Below are positions 63,941 to 64,000 of a DNA stretch of 64,000 nt, piece by piece. Origin of the DNA: a virus. Positions within the stretch are counted from its first letter, which is position 1; each line of letters starts with the position of its first letter. A program made the translations under genes and the position numbers. The stretch is from positions 32,001 through 96,000 of the IMG/VR virus record IMGVR_UViG_3300005366_000002; one strand, given 5' to 3'. Under the pieces are notes generated by a model. It worked only from the letters and a program-made list of their open reading frames with translations, was not told the origin of the DNA and ran no database searches.

Positions 63941-64000
63941 TTCCGAGATCTTCAGCCTGGAATTGCCATACGTGTCGAGCAGCTCGAGGTGTTCGACACG

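Noticed and set aside
1-64000. CRISPR arrays, tRNAs, rRNAs, integrase/IS elements, introns or inteins in nrdA, helicases and MCP
   Set aside because: None seen; the genes are continuous and of expected length, with no intein splice motifs or cloverleaf folds recognised by eye.

Overview
This 64-kb window is a GC-rich segment of a large (jumbo-type) myophage genome; no host genes are evident. Gene content recalls RSL1/PaBG/Lu11/Alexandra-like jumbo myoviruses, but this is from memory and was not searched. Bases 1-45.6 kb are read on the + strand and carry ThyX, a type IB topoisomerase, neck/virion proteins, a kinase-Nudix-SprT trio, GIY-YIG and HNH endonucleases, a glycosyltransferase, class Ia RNR (nrdAB), a 1650-aa SNF2-like helicase, the head module (protease, scaffold, decoration protein, major capsid protein), tail sheath and tube, and a run of small ORFans. 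Bases 45.8-64 kb are read on the - strand and form a replication/recombination module: DnaB-like helicase, UvsW-like helicase, sliding clamp, SbcC/gp46 ATPase, dNMP kinase, J-domain protein and clamp loader. Three signals stand out. (1) At least 14 otherwise unrelated proteins share an N-terminal peptide L-[QNML]-A-x-x-R-[LV]-x-[AS] (e.g. MKLVLQAKQRLLA), conserved at protein level; it looks like a modular capsid-targeting/maturation tag for a set of packaged cargo proteins. (2) A replication-region gene is built from two tandem copies of a segment homologous to this phage's own major capsid protein, a possible decoy. (3) Two AT-rich motifs, CAATTTYAT and TAAATA(G), partition cleanly between structural and replication genes. 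All product calls rest on motif recognition by eye; no database searches were run.
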